Shown in pieces: positions 47,359-55,955 of a DNA stretch of 64,000 bases (within the stretch, counting starts at the first letter, position 1; each line of letters begins with the position of its first letter). A model generated the notes under the pieces. It searched no databases. It saw only the letters and a list, made by a program, of their open reading frames with translations, and was not told where the DNA came from. The stretch comes from an uncultured virus (IMG/VR IMGVR_UViG_3300035656_000018) (Duplodnaviria; Heunggongvirae; Uroviricota; Caudoviricetes). The stretch lies in the IMG/VR virus record IMGVR_UViG_3300035656_000018; one strand, written 5' to 3'. Made by a program: the position numbers and the translations under genes.

Positions 47359-47879
47359 AAGAGAATATTCCAGGATACCCAGGATATCACATTACCAAAG
47401 ATGGTAAAGTGTATACTCATAAAAAGGGAAGTTGGAAACTTAGAAAAACTTCTAATAGCTCTAGTACTGGTCGTATACGAGTAAGAATCAATTCTAAATG
47501 GTTACAAGTTTCTAGGTTAGTAGCTTTAGCTTGGGTTAAAAATCCTAATCCCGATATCTATGATATCGTAATGCACTTAGATAATAATCCCGAAAATAAT
47601 CATTATAAAAACTTAAAATGGGGTACCCAGTCTCAAAATATCCTCCAAGCTTATAGAGATGGTAATTTAAAAACCCCTTCGGCTTTAATAGCTAGAGGAG
47701 AAGCTCATAGTAATTCTTCTATAACTAATCAAACTAGAAATATGATCGTAGATTTAAGGATCAATTATAGGGTTCCTGAATCTAAACTAAGTATTATATT
47801 TGGTATAAGTAAAAGGCATATAAATAAGATTGTATCTCAGTATAAATCTGGTATTAGATGGGATAATAACCTTATCTAG
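47355..47879 (+). mobile_element. NUMOD4-HNH homing endonuclease gene
   Basis: IPGYPGY.IT.DGKV, VSRLVA, VMHLDNNPENN...NLKWGT..QN. Confidence 0.88.
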
Positions 47880-47910
47880 ATTTAGCAGACTCAGAAACTC
47901 CTTGGATTGA
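47870..47910 (+). pseudogene. Frameshifted remnant of a primase 3' end
   Basis: YLDL(A)-RLRNSLD* versus the primase end YSDLVKLKNSL*. Confidence 0.55.
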
Positions 47911-47949
47911 GGATTTCCTATTATAATATATAAACTTAAATTAAAAGAT

Positions 47950-48093
47950 ATGAAACAATTATTAGAAGCTATAAAAGCTAAATACCTATGCCTCCATGAT
48001 TGGGAGGTATTACATAAAACTGAATATGTAACTTATTGGGAAATCCTATTAAAGTGTAAGAAGTGCGGTAAACTTAGAAAGAAAAGAGTATGA
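47950..48093 (+). CDS. Small Zn-ribbon-like protein (47 aa, not in the ORF track)
   Basis: MKQLLEAIKAKYLCLHDW...KCKKCGK; ATGA overlap with the next gene. Confidence 0.7.
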   Translation: MKQLLEAIKAKYLCLHDWEVLHKTEYVTYWEILLKCKKCGKLRKKRV

Positions 48094-48911
48094 GAGACCC
48101 TTCTATTCATATCACAAAGCATCAATTCGAAAAAATCCTATCTCAGTTAGAGGTATATAATTTTCCGATTGATGCTTTCTTTGTTATTGCACGAAAAGAA
48201 GCAATAAATACTAGAGTTGTAGTTGTTACAAACAATAAGACAACTAAGAAAGTTTCTAACATTTTACTAGCATCTAAGGGAGATGCTGCTTTAGTTGCTG
48301 ATATTATATATGCAACTCGTATAAAACTAAAGCATAGAGGAGTTAGAAAAATAAGAGAAACAGAACCAAGAAATTGGGCGGTATGTAAAAAGATAGCTGA
48401 GCTCTGTAATCAATTCTGTGAAGATTTTCAATTGGATACCCGGGAAGGTTTTATTAAATATATCGAACTAGGTATCAAGAAGATGGACGGTAATTACAAT
48501 AATCTTTTAAACAGGTTATCGGTTATGTCAGAAAAGATATCAGATTTATATTCTGCTACTTTGGAAATGGAAGAGGATTCTGGTAATGCTAAAGCTATAC
48601 ATGATTACTTTATAAAGAGAGTAGCGGATGTTACTGGCATATATGAATCATTCGTTAATCAGCCAGATAAATATATACACTTTGTAAGGTTAGATAAATT
48701 TCTATCAGAGAAAGGGTGGGACCCAATTCAATTCATAGATGCTCAATTTGAATCCCTTGCTTGGTGTAATGGTTTACCTGAACCAAGTCAGATGTATAAT
48801 GACAAGGCTATAGAAAGGTATAATAAATACTTATTTAAACATAAAAATCAATCCTCATCGGAGGCTCCTAAAATAGAAGGAAGTCTCTGGTCAAAAATTA
48901 ATCAATCATGA
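48090..48911 (+). CDS. Hypothetical protein (replication region)
   Basis: 273-aa ORF, translationally coupled on both sides. Confidence 0.75.
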   Translation: MRDPSIHITKHQFEKILSQLEVYNFPIDAFFVIARKEAINTRVVVVTNNKTTKKVSNILLASKGDAALVADIIYATRIKLKHRGVRKIRETEPRNWAVCKKIAELCNQFCEDFQLDTREGFIKYIELGIKKMDGNYNNLLNRLSVMSEKISDLYSATLEMEEDSGNAKAIHDYFIKRVADVTGIYESFVNQPDKYIHFVRLDKFLSEKGWDPIQFIDAQFESLAWCNGLPEPSQMYNDKAIERYNKYLFKHKNQSSSEAPKIEGSLWSKINQS

Positions 48912-49528
48912 AAGCTTTTAAAAATCGTTTAGAAGAAATGGCAGAAGCCACAGTAAATGCTTTGGATTATTCCGATAGCAAAGTAGAATACCCAGATATT
49001 TCTATGGTTCAGAAATGGCCTAAGGAAATAATCTTGCCCTTGTATGATTTATATAAAAATACTCGGTATTCAGAATTAGCTTCAATCCTTATGTATACTC
49101 AGCATCAGGCTAGGTTTGAAGAAATAGGAGAATTGATGCTTGGTATCGGATTAGTAGAGATGGTACATTATGATAAGCTGGGAGACTTCTTATTAAAAGC
49201 TTCTGATGTAATGGACACCGATATACCAGGAAATAATCAGTTAACTGTACATCCCCTAATAGATCTTGGTACTTCGGCAGAATCTGCTTTAAAATTATCA
49301 TTACAAGCAGAAAAAGAAACTCTAGAAGAATATTATAAAGTATTCGATTCTCTGAATAAAAAAGAAGAGTATATAAAGAGAAGTGATTATATTCCAGTTA
49401 CCTATCTTATCCAGAAATTCATTGCTGATGAAGAATATCACATTTCTCTTTTAAAGAAAGCTCTGAAAGAATACGAGGATTCCGATGACGAACCTAAGAA
49501 ATGTAAATCAGTAACAGTAATCATATGA
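48908..49528 (+). CDS. Ferritin-like di-metal carboxylate protein (Mn-catalase/bacterioferritin-like)
   Basis: E...Y, EMVH, E....Y, DEEYH ligand pattern. Confidence 0.8.
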   Translation: MKAFKNRLEEMAEATVNALDYSDSKVEYPDISMVQKWPKEIILPLYDLYKNTRYSELASILMYTQHQARFEEIGELMLGIGLVEMVHYDKLGDFLLKASDVMDTDIPGNNQLTVHPLIDLGTSAESALKLSLQAEKETLEEYYKVFDSLNKKEEYIKRSDYIPVTYLIQKFIADEEYHISLLKKALKEYEDSDDEPKKCKSVTVII

Positions 49529-51009
49529 AAATCATAATTCGTAATTGTAACGTTGCAGAATTAGATATACCCCTAAAATATGCAATGAAGTTATATAACG
49601 AATTTGCTATCAGACACCCCAATGCCTTTTACCTCCGTACTAGGCAACGGGGTATGCAAAACTGGGATGGCAAAATAAAGTATATAACCAAGACTGGTCA
49701 ATTTAAGATAGGCTTACTTCCTTCAGTATATAAAAGATGTATTGAACTTGGAATTAAGCCTATCATAGTAGATATGAGACAACCTTTACCTAAAGTCAGT
49801 AAAGTTGTAACTCAGATAGGTAAGTATAAATTAAGACCCGAACAAGAGAAAGCTGTTAAGGCAATCTTATCTAATAAACTAGGTGAAACACCTTTTCAGA
49901 TTGGGGTATTAGATTATACAGTAAATGCAGGTAAAACTCTGATTATGTCTGCTTTATATTTATCCTATAAGAAGCAATTAAAGACTTTGCTTATAACCAA
50001 TGACTCTGACTGGTTAAATCAAGCTAGAGATGAATTTAAGCAATATCTACCAGGAGAAGACATTACCTTTGTTCAGGGTAAAGTTTTAAACTGGAGTAAT
50101 TTTACCATTGGTATGGTTCAATCTATTTCTCGGAATATGAAATATTATCAGAATGAACTTGCTAAGATTGATATGGTATTAATCGATGAAGCTGACCAAG
50201 GAGGTAGTAAGCAATATCAGAATGTGATCACTAGGTTATTTAATACCCGAGTTAGAATCGGATTATCTGGTACCATTTATATGAGTAAGCTTGCCAAGGA
50301 TAAAGTTAAGAATATGAATTTACGTTGTTTCTTTGGCGATGTAATAGCAGAGTTTAAACTTAAGGACTCGATTAAGAAAGGATACTCAACAAAGACAATT
50401 GTAAAAACAGTAGAAGGTAAACCTTGGTTTGGTAATTGGGAATCAGATTGTATGTCCTATAATGAAATATATGATGATTCCATTACCCATAATAAGATTG
50501 CCTGGACCATGGCATTAGATAGGTTGAAATGGAACCTTAATCAAGGTAGATATCCTGCTCTCGTAGTATGTAAGCATATTGCACACTGTGAAAATCTATG
50601 CAAATTCTTTAAAAAGAAGCTAGATAATAAATATAATATTGCCTGTGTTCATGTTAATACTCCTACTAAATTAAGACAACAGATAATGAAGGATTTTAGG
50701 GAGGGTAAAATAGATATCCTTGTATCAACTACAATTATTGCTCGAGGTAAAAACTTTCCTAAGCTCAGATATCTGTTGAATACTGCCAGTATGGATTCTC
50801 AAGAAAAATCAATTCAGTTCTTAGGACGATTGGTAAGAAAGGATGAATCCAAATCCAAAGTTTACCTAGATGATTTACATTATCCTGGGAATTATTTAAG
50901 TAGGCATGGGAATCATAGAAGAAAGTATTATCAAGATCAAGGACTTAAAGTTATCCGGTTAAGTAAGCTCTGGGATAAGTACCCTAGACATAAGCCTTTT
51001 CAAGGATAA
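49525..51009 (+). CDS. SF2 DEAD-box helicase (UvsW-like)
   Basis: NAGKT, IDEAD, GLSGT, RGKNFP, QFLGRLVR. Confidence 0.88.
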   Translation: MKIIIRNCNVAELDIPLKYAMKLYNEFAIRHPNAFYLRTRQRGMQNWDGKIKYITKTGQFKIGLLPSVYKRCIELGIKPIIVDMRQPLPKVSKVVTQIGKYKLRPEQEKAVKAILSNKLGETPFQIGVLDYTVNAGKTLIMSALYLSYKKQLKTLLITNDSDWLNQARDEFKQYLPGEDITFVQGKVLNWSNFTIGMVQSISRNMKYYQNELAKIDMVLIDEADQGGSKQYQNVITRLFNTRVRIGLSGTIYMSKLAKDKVKNMNLRCFFGDVIAEFKLKDSIKKGYSTKTIVKTVEGKPWFGNWESDCMSYNEIYDDSITHNKIAWTMALDRLKWNLNQGRYPALVVCKHIAHCENLCKFFKKKLDNKYNIACVHVNTPTKLRQQIMKDFREGKIDILVSTTIIARGKNFPKLRYLLNTASMDSQEKSIQFLGRLVRKDESKSKVYLDDLHYPGNYLSRHGNHRRKYYQDQGLKVIRLSKLWDKYPRHKPFQG

Positions 51010-51104
51010 TAATTTCTGACTATGAGTATATACTTTTTCTCCGTAGGAGGAAAGGTATATTACATGTTACGTTAAGAGGCATTAACCATTAATAATCATA
51101 AACA

Positions 51105-51431
51105 ATGAAGATTCTACAAAAAATCAAATCATTATTCAATTGTTCTGTAATACCTCCAGAACATATATTCAATGGCATAGGAATAGAATATATAACTCCT
51201 ATCAAAAAATCCAGGGATAAGCCTGATGAAATTCGATATTATTTTATGATCCATTTTCAATCTGGGTTAGTAATCAAAGTTCAGATATATACTTCTGAAA
51301 TAGAAGTACCACCCATTCTTCTGTCTATCAGGGAACTATTTATAAATGGTATAGGACATTCATATATTACTCTGTATCAAGATGAGATGATGGATGTTCA
51401 AATCATAAGATATTATCATAAAGAATTTTAA
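51105..51431 (+). CDS. Hypothetical protein
   Basis: 108-aa ORF. Confidence 0.65.
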   Translation: MKILQKIKSLFNCSVIPPEHIFNGIGIEYITPIKKSRDKPDEIRYYFMIHFQSGLVIKVQIYTSEIEVPPILLSIRELFINGIGHSYITLYQDEMMDVQIIRYYHKEF

Positions 51432-51441
51432 ATTGGGAATT

Positions 51442-51825
51442 ATGGCAAAGAAGAAACAAACTTTACCTGATATCAAGAATCAGGATCCCTTAGAACCTAT
51501 TAATATTGCAGAACTGGGTTCTAATTCAGACCCTTGTTTTGGTATTGGTTATGATTTATCAACTAAAGAATGTAAACTATGTGGAGACTCAGAATTATGT
51601 GCATTCAAGATGTCACAGAATATGAATATCACAAGGAAAGAGCTAGAACAGAAGAATCAATACAAAGATTTGGATGTATTAGAAGACACGGTTGGAATCA
51701 AGAAATACATCCGAGGCTTGATTCGGAAAGGGAAAGAAAGAAAAGAAGTTATTACCAAAACCGTTGAGAAATTCGAAGTACCAAGAAAACGTATTAGAGA
51801 ACTTTATAAAGAATGCAAAAAATAG
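51442..51825 (+). CDS. Cys-rich hypothetical protein
   Basis: CFG...CKLC....LC motif; start set at the MAKKK ATG. Confidence 0.7.
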   Translation: MAKKKQTLPDIKNQDPLEPINIAELGSNSDPCFGIGYDLSTKECKLCGDSELCAFKMSQNMNITRKELEQKNQYKDLDVLEDTVGIKKYIRGLIRKGKERKEVITKTVEKFEVPRKRIRELYKECKK

Positions 51826-52019
51826 AAATGATATGGGCTATGTTCAAGGTATACCTTAACAACCCAAATTACTATGTGAAACAAGAGGATATACTTGCTA
51901 ATGTATGCGGCAATGGAAGCAGAGATGTAAGGAGGATGATGAACTCTCTTGGTATTCACAAGGGAGATCCATCAACATTAACTTATGGCCAACTTTTAAA
52001 ACAATGCAATATAATATGA
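51813..52019 (+). CDS. Hypothetical protein
   Basis: 68-aa ORF overlapping both neighbours. Confidence 0.6.
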   Translation: MQKIEMIWAMFKVYLNNPNYYVKQEDILANVCGNGSRDVRRMMNSLGIHKGDPSTLTYGQLLKQCNII

Positions 52020-52570
52020 ACAAATTCAGATTTATCAAAGTAAGAGACGTAAAGTCTCCCTCAAGAGGAAACGAAGGAGATGCAGGATTAGATTTCTATA
52101 TCCCTAAAGACTTAACTCTACAAGATTTAGTAAAAGCTAATCCACAGTTGATATTCCATTGTGAAATACCCGAACCTGGTAAAGTAACACTTGAATATAA
52201 TTCAAATAACCAGGTACAAGTAATTTATATTTCTCCCTTTACTAGAATACTTATACCATCAGGTATCAAAGGTTTATTAGAACCCAAAGATTCTATGCTG
52301 ATGGCAGCAAACAAATCTGGTATATCAACCAAGAAGGGGCTTATATATACTGCCGAGATAGTAGATTCTCCCTATACTGGAGAAATTCACATAGGTATAT
52401 ATAATACTTCTCATGAGTTTCAAGTAATAGAAGCTGGAACTAAGCTAGTACAATTTATTCATGTACCCATTTATCTTACAAAACCCGAAGAAGTAACTAA
52501 TGAAGAATTCTACAATGATGCTTCAACTTGGGGAACAAGAGGTAACAATGGATTCGGATCAACCAATTAA
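52016..52570 (+). CDS. dut: Trimeric dUTPase
   Basis: AGLD, KSG, VDSPYTGEI, KLVQ, RG.NGFGST motifs; start ATG 52016. Confidence 0.9.
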   Translation: MNKFRFIKVRDVKSPSRGNEGDAGLDFYIPKDLTLQDLVKANPQLIFHCEIPEPGKVTLEYNSNNQVQVIYISPFTRILIPSGIKGLLEPKDSMLMAANKSGISTKKGLIYTAEIVDSPYTGEIHIGIYNTSHEFQVIEAGTKLVQFIHVPIYLTKPEEVTNEEFYNDASTWGTRGNNGFGSTN

Positions 52571-52582
52571 TAATCATAATAT

Positions 52583-53302
52583 ATGGCAACTTTAGATGAA
52601 CTAGCGAATAGGATATCGGTATTAGAGAATCGGTATTCAACTTTAAACAGTGTAGTGAACGGTCATACTACTGAGATACATAATCTTGATACTAGATTAG
52701 ATACTGCAGAATCTAAACTAAATAATCATGAGGAACGTATTGAAACTCTAGAAGTTAAAGTAGAAGATCACGAAAGGAGACTTCAACTGATAGAGAACTC
52801 TCATATAAAGTATACCGTATCAAGAAAGGTAAAATATCCCAAGAAAGCAGACCAGGGATTCTATCTGTATCTTCCTGAAGATCTTACGATTGATATTCTC
52901 ATGGAATACAATAACGGAGTAATCAAACAGAAATGGAACTGGTTGAATAGAATCTTCAATCCACAAGGATTCGGTAAAGTATCTTTCGACTTAGATAGAA
53001 ACAGTGAGGGTCATATTAAAACTATCGTTCTTGGTCAGAACACCAGGTTATTAATCCCAACCGGTATTCATATTGAAGAATTCACTCCAGTTAAGTCTGT
53101 ACTGAAAGCTGCAAATGAAGAAACTAATTCTATCAACAGTGGTTTAGTATACGGTATAGAAGTACTTGGTCAAATTCCCGGAGATGAAGTAGTGGTAAGT
53201 GTATTCAACCCAACTTCTGAAATCATTGGAATCGAAGCTGGAAGCGTATTGGTTCAAGTATTACATTTATTCTCTTATCATACAGTACCAGAAAAAGAAT
53301 AG
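52583..53302 (+). CDS. Coiled coil fused to a catalytically degenerate dUTPase paralog
   Basis: Aligns with the upstream Dut but lacks motifs II, III-Asp and V; ~70-aa heptad N-terminus. Confidence 0.75.
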   Translation: MATLDELANRISVLENRYSTLNSVVNGHTTEIHNLDTRLDTAESKLNNHEERIETLEVKVEDHERRLQLIENSHIKYTVSRKVKYPKKADQGFYLYLPEDLTIDILMEYNNGVIKQKWNWLNRIFNPQGFGKVSFDLDRNSEGHIKTIVLGQNTRLLIPTGIHIEEFTPVKSVLKAANEETNSINSGLVYGIEVLGQIPGDEVVVSVFNPTSEIIGIEAGSVLVQVLHLFSYHTVPEKE

Positions 53303-53307
53303 TTACT

Positions 53308-54150
53308 ATGGATATTTCTAATCTGAAAGAAAAAGCCCCTGAAATCAAACAGGGGCTTGAACTTGAGAATATGTATGAGATTGGCTATCGTCAATTAGAC
53401 TGTTATAAACCCTTAGAAAGGTTACCAGAATATCCCATGGATATTAACAGTACTAAAAATCAATCTCTTATGAAAACCCTTATATCTCAAGTAGTAGAGG
53501 AGTTAATGGAGGGTTATGAATCTACTTCTAATATAAATGATATTCTAGAAAACAAGGGATGGAATACCAATTTATATACTGACGTAGAAGAGATTCAGAT
53601 AATCAACAATCTACAGAATGCTAATGAAGAACAAGCAGATGCAATAGGATTCTTCTTATCAGCTCTGATATATGCTAATATATTGCCAGAGGATATCTAT
53701 AGTTGGGCAAACAAAGAACTGACTAAAGGGCAAAAGGCAGTAGAAAATTTAGAAGACGTAATGGCATTCGGTATTCATATGATTTTAGAGATGGATGCCG
53801 TTAGTAGTATATTCAAAAATTTCAAGCTAATATCCGAAACAATTGAGGATAAAACTTCCGAGTATATAAAGGGATTCAAGGAAATGAGTCCAAATTTGCA
53901 TACTGATGAGAAAAATATTTTGTTTCAGATAGTGTATGTTTTGAATCTTGCTAGAAATACTCTTAAGAATCGTACATGGAAACAGTCACCAGTAATAACT
54001 AAAGAACTAGAATTCCAGGATAGGATGGTAGAGGCATTCTATTATTATATGGGATTCCTATCAATAATGGGATTTACTCCATTGGGTATATACGAGCTGT
54101 ATTTCAAGAAAGAACGGTTGAATGAATGGAGAATCACTACACAATATTAA
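53308..54150 (+). CDS. All-alpha NTP pyrophosphatase (dimeric dUTPase / T4 gp56 dCTPase-like)
   Basis: EELME, EEQAD, RTWK, YFKK..LN.WR...Y motifs. Confidence 0.75.
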   Translation: MDISNLKEKAPEIKQGLELENMYEIGYRQLDCYKPLERLPEYPMDINSTKNQSLMKTLISQVVEELMEGYESTSNINDILENKGWNTNLYTDVEEIQIINNLQNANEEQADAIGFFLSALIYANILPEDIYSWANKELTKGQKAVENLEDVMAFGIHMILEMDAVSSIFKNFKLISETIEDKTSEYIKGFKEMSPNLHTDEKNILFQIVYVLNLARNTLKNRTWKQSPVITKELEFQDRMVEAFYYYMGFLSIMGFTPLGIYELYFKKERLNEWRITTQY

Positions 54151-54165
54151 TGAAAGGAGGTATTT

Positions 54166-55080
54166 GTGTCAGGTTGGAATAAACAATTAAATGGCTTAGA
54201 GCTTAATACAGAAGAGCAAATCCATTCATTAGAATTTGCTACTTCACAAGAAGCATGGGAAAAGTTAAATGAAGGATTTCTAAGACTAGAACCATCTTTA
54301 TTTGCAAAAGGTGCTACCGCAAACAGTGGAGTAGCTGTGGTATATAACGTATTTATAAAAATACGTAAAGCTTGGGTAGACCCAGACTTTGATTATGGTA
54401 GATGTTTCAATTATAAAGAGACTAAGTGGACAAGCTTACTGAACAATTACATTGATTTCAATAAGCTTGATTTATTGCGTAGTAAGCTGAGAGTACTAAA
54501 AACCAAGTATAATCAGAATTACAACGTTACTTATATGTTTAATAATCATCACGATAACGGTAAACAATGTTTAATTGCTGCTACATTCTCCAAACGATTT
54601 GGGGAAGACATACCAGTTATTACAATGGTAATCAGGGCATCCGAGATAACAAAAAGGTTAATCTTCGACTTCTTACTAATACAACGAATGGCGGAATATG
54701 TGTACGGACCAGAACAATCAGTACAAATCAATTTATTTGCCACTCAAATGTATGGGAATGTAGAAACACTTCTGATGTATCATACTCATAAACCTTTGAA
54801 GAAGGTATTAAAGGGAACTGATAAGGAAAATTCTTGGATAAAGAGGTTGAATGAGGTATTTGATAAATTTCAAAACGGTAAAGAGAAAGATTTCTCTAGT
54901 TTTAAGGTATTCTTTAGAAGTTTTAAAGTGCTTCGACCAGATTTATATAAGGAAACATATAAATCTATGAAAGCAAAGGAATTACTTCTTGAATATGAAG
55001 ATATCGAATATCCCGAGAATGTAATCTCTTACTCTCAACGTAAAGCATATAAGAAGAAACTTTTAAAACAGAAGAAATGA
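54166..55080 (+). CDS. Divergent thymidylate-synthase-fold protein
   Basis: KQCL, IRASE.......D; GTG start after AAGGAGGT. Confidence 0.65.
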   Translation: MSGWNKQLNGLELNTEEQIHSLEFATSQEAWEKLNEGFLRLEPSLFAKGATANSGVAVVYNVFIKIRKAWVDPDFDYGRCFNYKETKWTSLLNNYIDFNKLDLLRSKLRVLKTKYNQNYNVTYMFNNHHDNGKQCLIAATFSKRFGEDIPVITMVIRASEITKRLIFDFLLIQRMAEYVYGPEQSVQINLFATQMYGNVETLLMYHTHKPLKKVLKGTDKENSWIKRLNEVFDKFQNGKEKDFSSFKVFFRSFKVLRPDLYKETYKSMKAKELLLEYEDIEYPENVISYSQRKAYKKKLLKQKK

Positions 55081-55817
55081 GAATTTATAGCAGTAGTTAT
55101 GAGTTAATGTCTGAAATGGGCAGAGAACTCAACAGTTATGGTCAAACTGTAAAACCAAAGACTTACCAGAATAAGAATATTGAAGGTAATGAAGATTTTG
55201 TAACTAAAGAGATCATTTGCCAACAATATTGCTTAACTTCTTTGCAAGATCCAACGTGGTTATTCTTCTATTCAAGGTCTAGGGAATGGGCAGATGCTGA
55301 GTTCCAAGAAAGGATTAATACTTCTGAGGTAATTAACCCGGGCAAAGCTTGGGAATTAAGAAAAGACTTATGGGAACAGTTTTTGGTAGATGGTAAATTT
55401 GATTATACCTATAACGAAAGGATGGTAATTCTTCCCTATACCATACAATTACTAAGATCAGATTCTGATACTCGTAAAGCGGTATTACCTATATTTAATG
55501 GTAATGGTGAAGATGATACTCTTTATTATCATGGTAATAAACGTATACCCTGCTCTATGTACTATGATTTCCTTATCCGAGAGAATAGTAAGAGAGAGAA
55601 GGTATTACACATTTGCTATCACCAAAGAAGTTCGGACTTTGTTACTCACTTTGGTAATGATGTATACCTTGCATGGAGACTAATGGAATATGTAGCTAAA
55701 GAGGTTGGAGTAAAACCAGGTTATTTGTATCACACCATAGACTCATTACATACTTATCAAAAAGACTGGGATAAGTTAGCCAGTTCTCTAAGAGTATTTG
55801 AGGATACTATCATATAA
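55077..55817 (+). CDS. Thymidylate-synthase-family dCMP-modifying enzyme (dCMP hydroxymethylase-like)
   Basis: TRKA, IPCS, FLIR, QRSSDFVTHFGND, SLHTY; Asp at the TS Asn177 position. Confidence 0.8.
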   Translation: MRIYSSSYELMSEMGRELNSYGQTVKPKTYQNKNIEGNEDFVTKEIICQQYCLTSLQDPTWLFFYSRSREWADAEFQERINTSEVINPGKAWELRKDLWEQFLVDGKFDYTYNERMVILPYTIQLLRSDSDTRKAVLPIFNGNGEDDTLYYHGNKRIPCSMYYDFLIRENSKREKVLHICYHQRSSDFVTHFGNDVYLAWRLMEYVAKEVGVKPGYLYHTIDSLHTYQKDWDKLASSLRVFEDTII

Positions 55818-55887
55818 TACATGCTTTATTTCTATTTTGTTTTGATGTCATTTTCGCAAAATGATTTAAAGTAACTCATATCAGGTT

Positions 55888-55929
55888 TAAGGAAGTAGGT
55901 CTGGGAAGATATACTTCCTTATTTTATTT
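55888..55929 (+). terminator. Stem-loop before polA
   Basis: TAAGGAAGTA/TACTTCCTTA plus T-rich tail. Confidence 0.6.
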
Positions 55930-55955
55930 AATTAAAAAACTTCTAGTATGCTAGT

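Noticed and set aside
47355..47879. Group I intron or intein carrying the HNH
   Set aside because: The primase ORF is complete with its own stop, the HNH is translationally coupled to it, and there is no room for an intron core
51905..52015. N-terminal extensions given in the ORF track (dut 51905, MTase 4746, recA 60604, exonuclease 61781, 6250)
   Set aside because: They overlap upstream genes or hairpins; downstream ATGs with short stop-start overlaps or better context are more plausible
55077..55817. Canonical thymidylate synthase thyA
   Set aside because: Has Asp rather than Asn at the pyrimidine-specificity position and lacks the PFN motif
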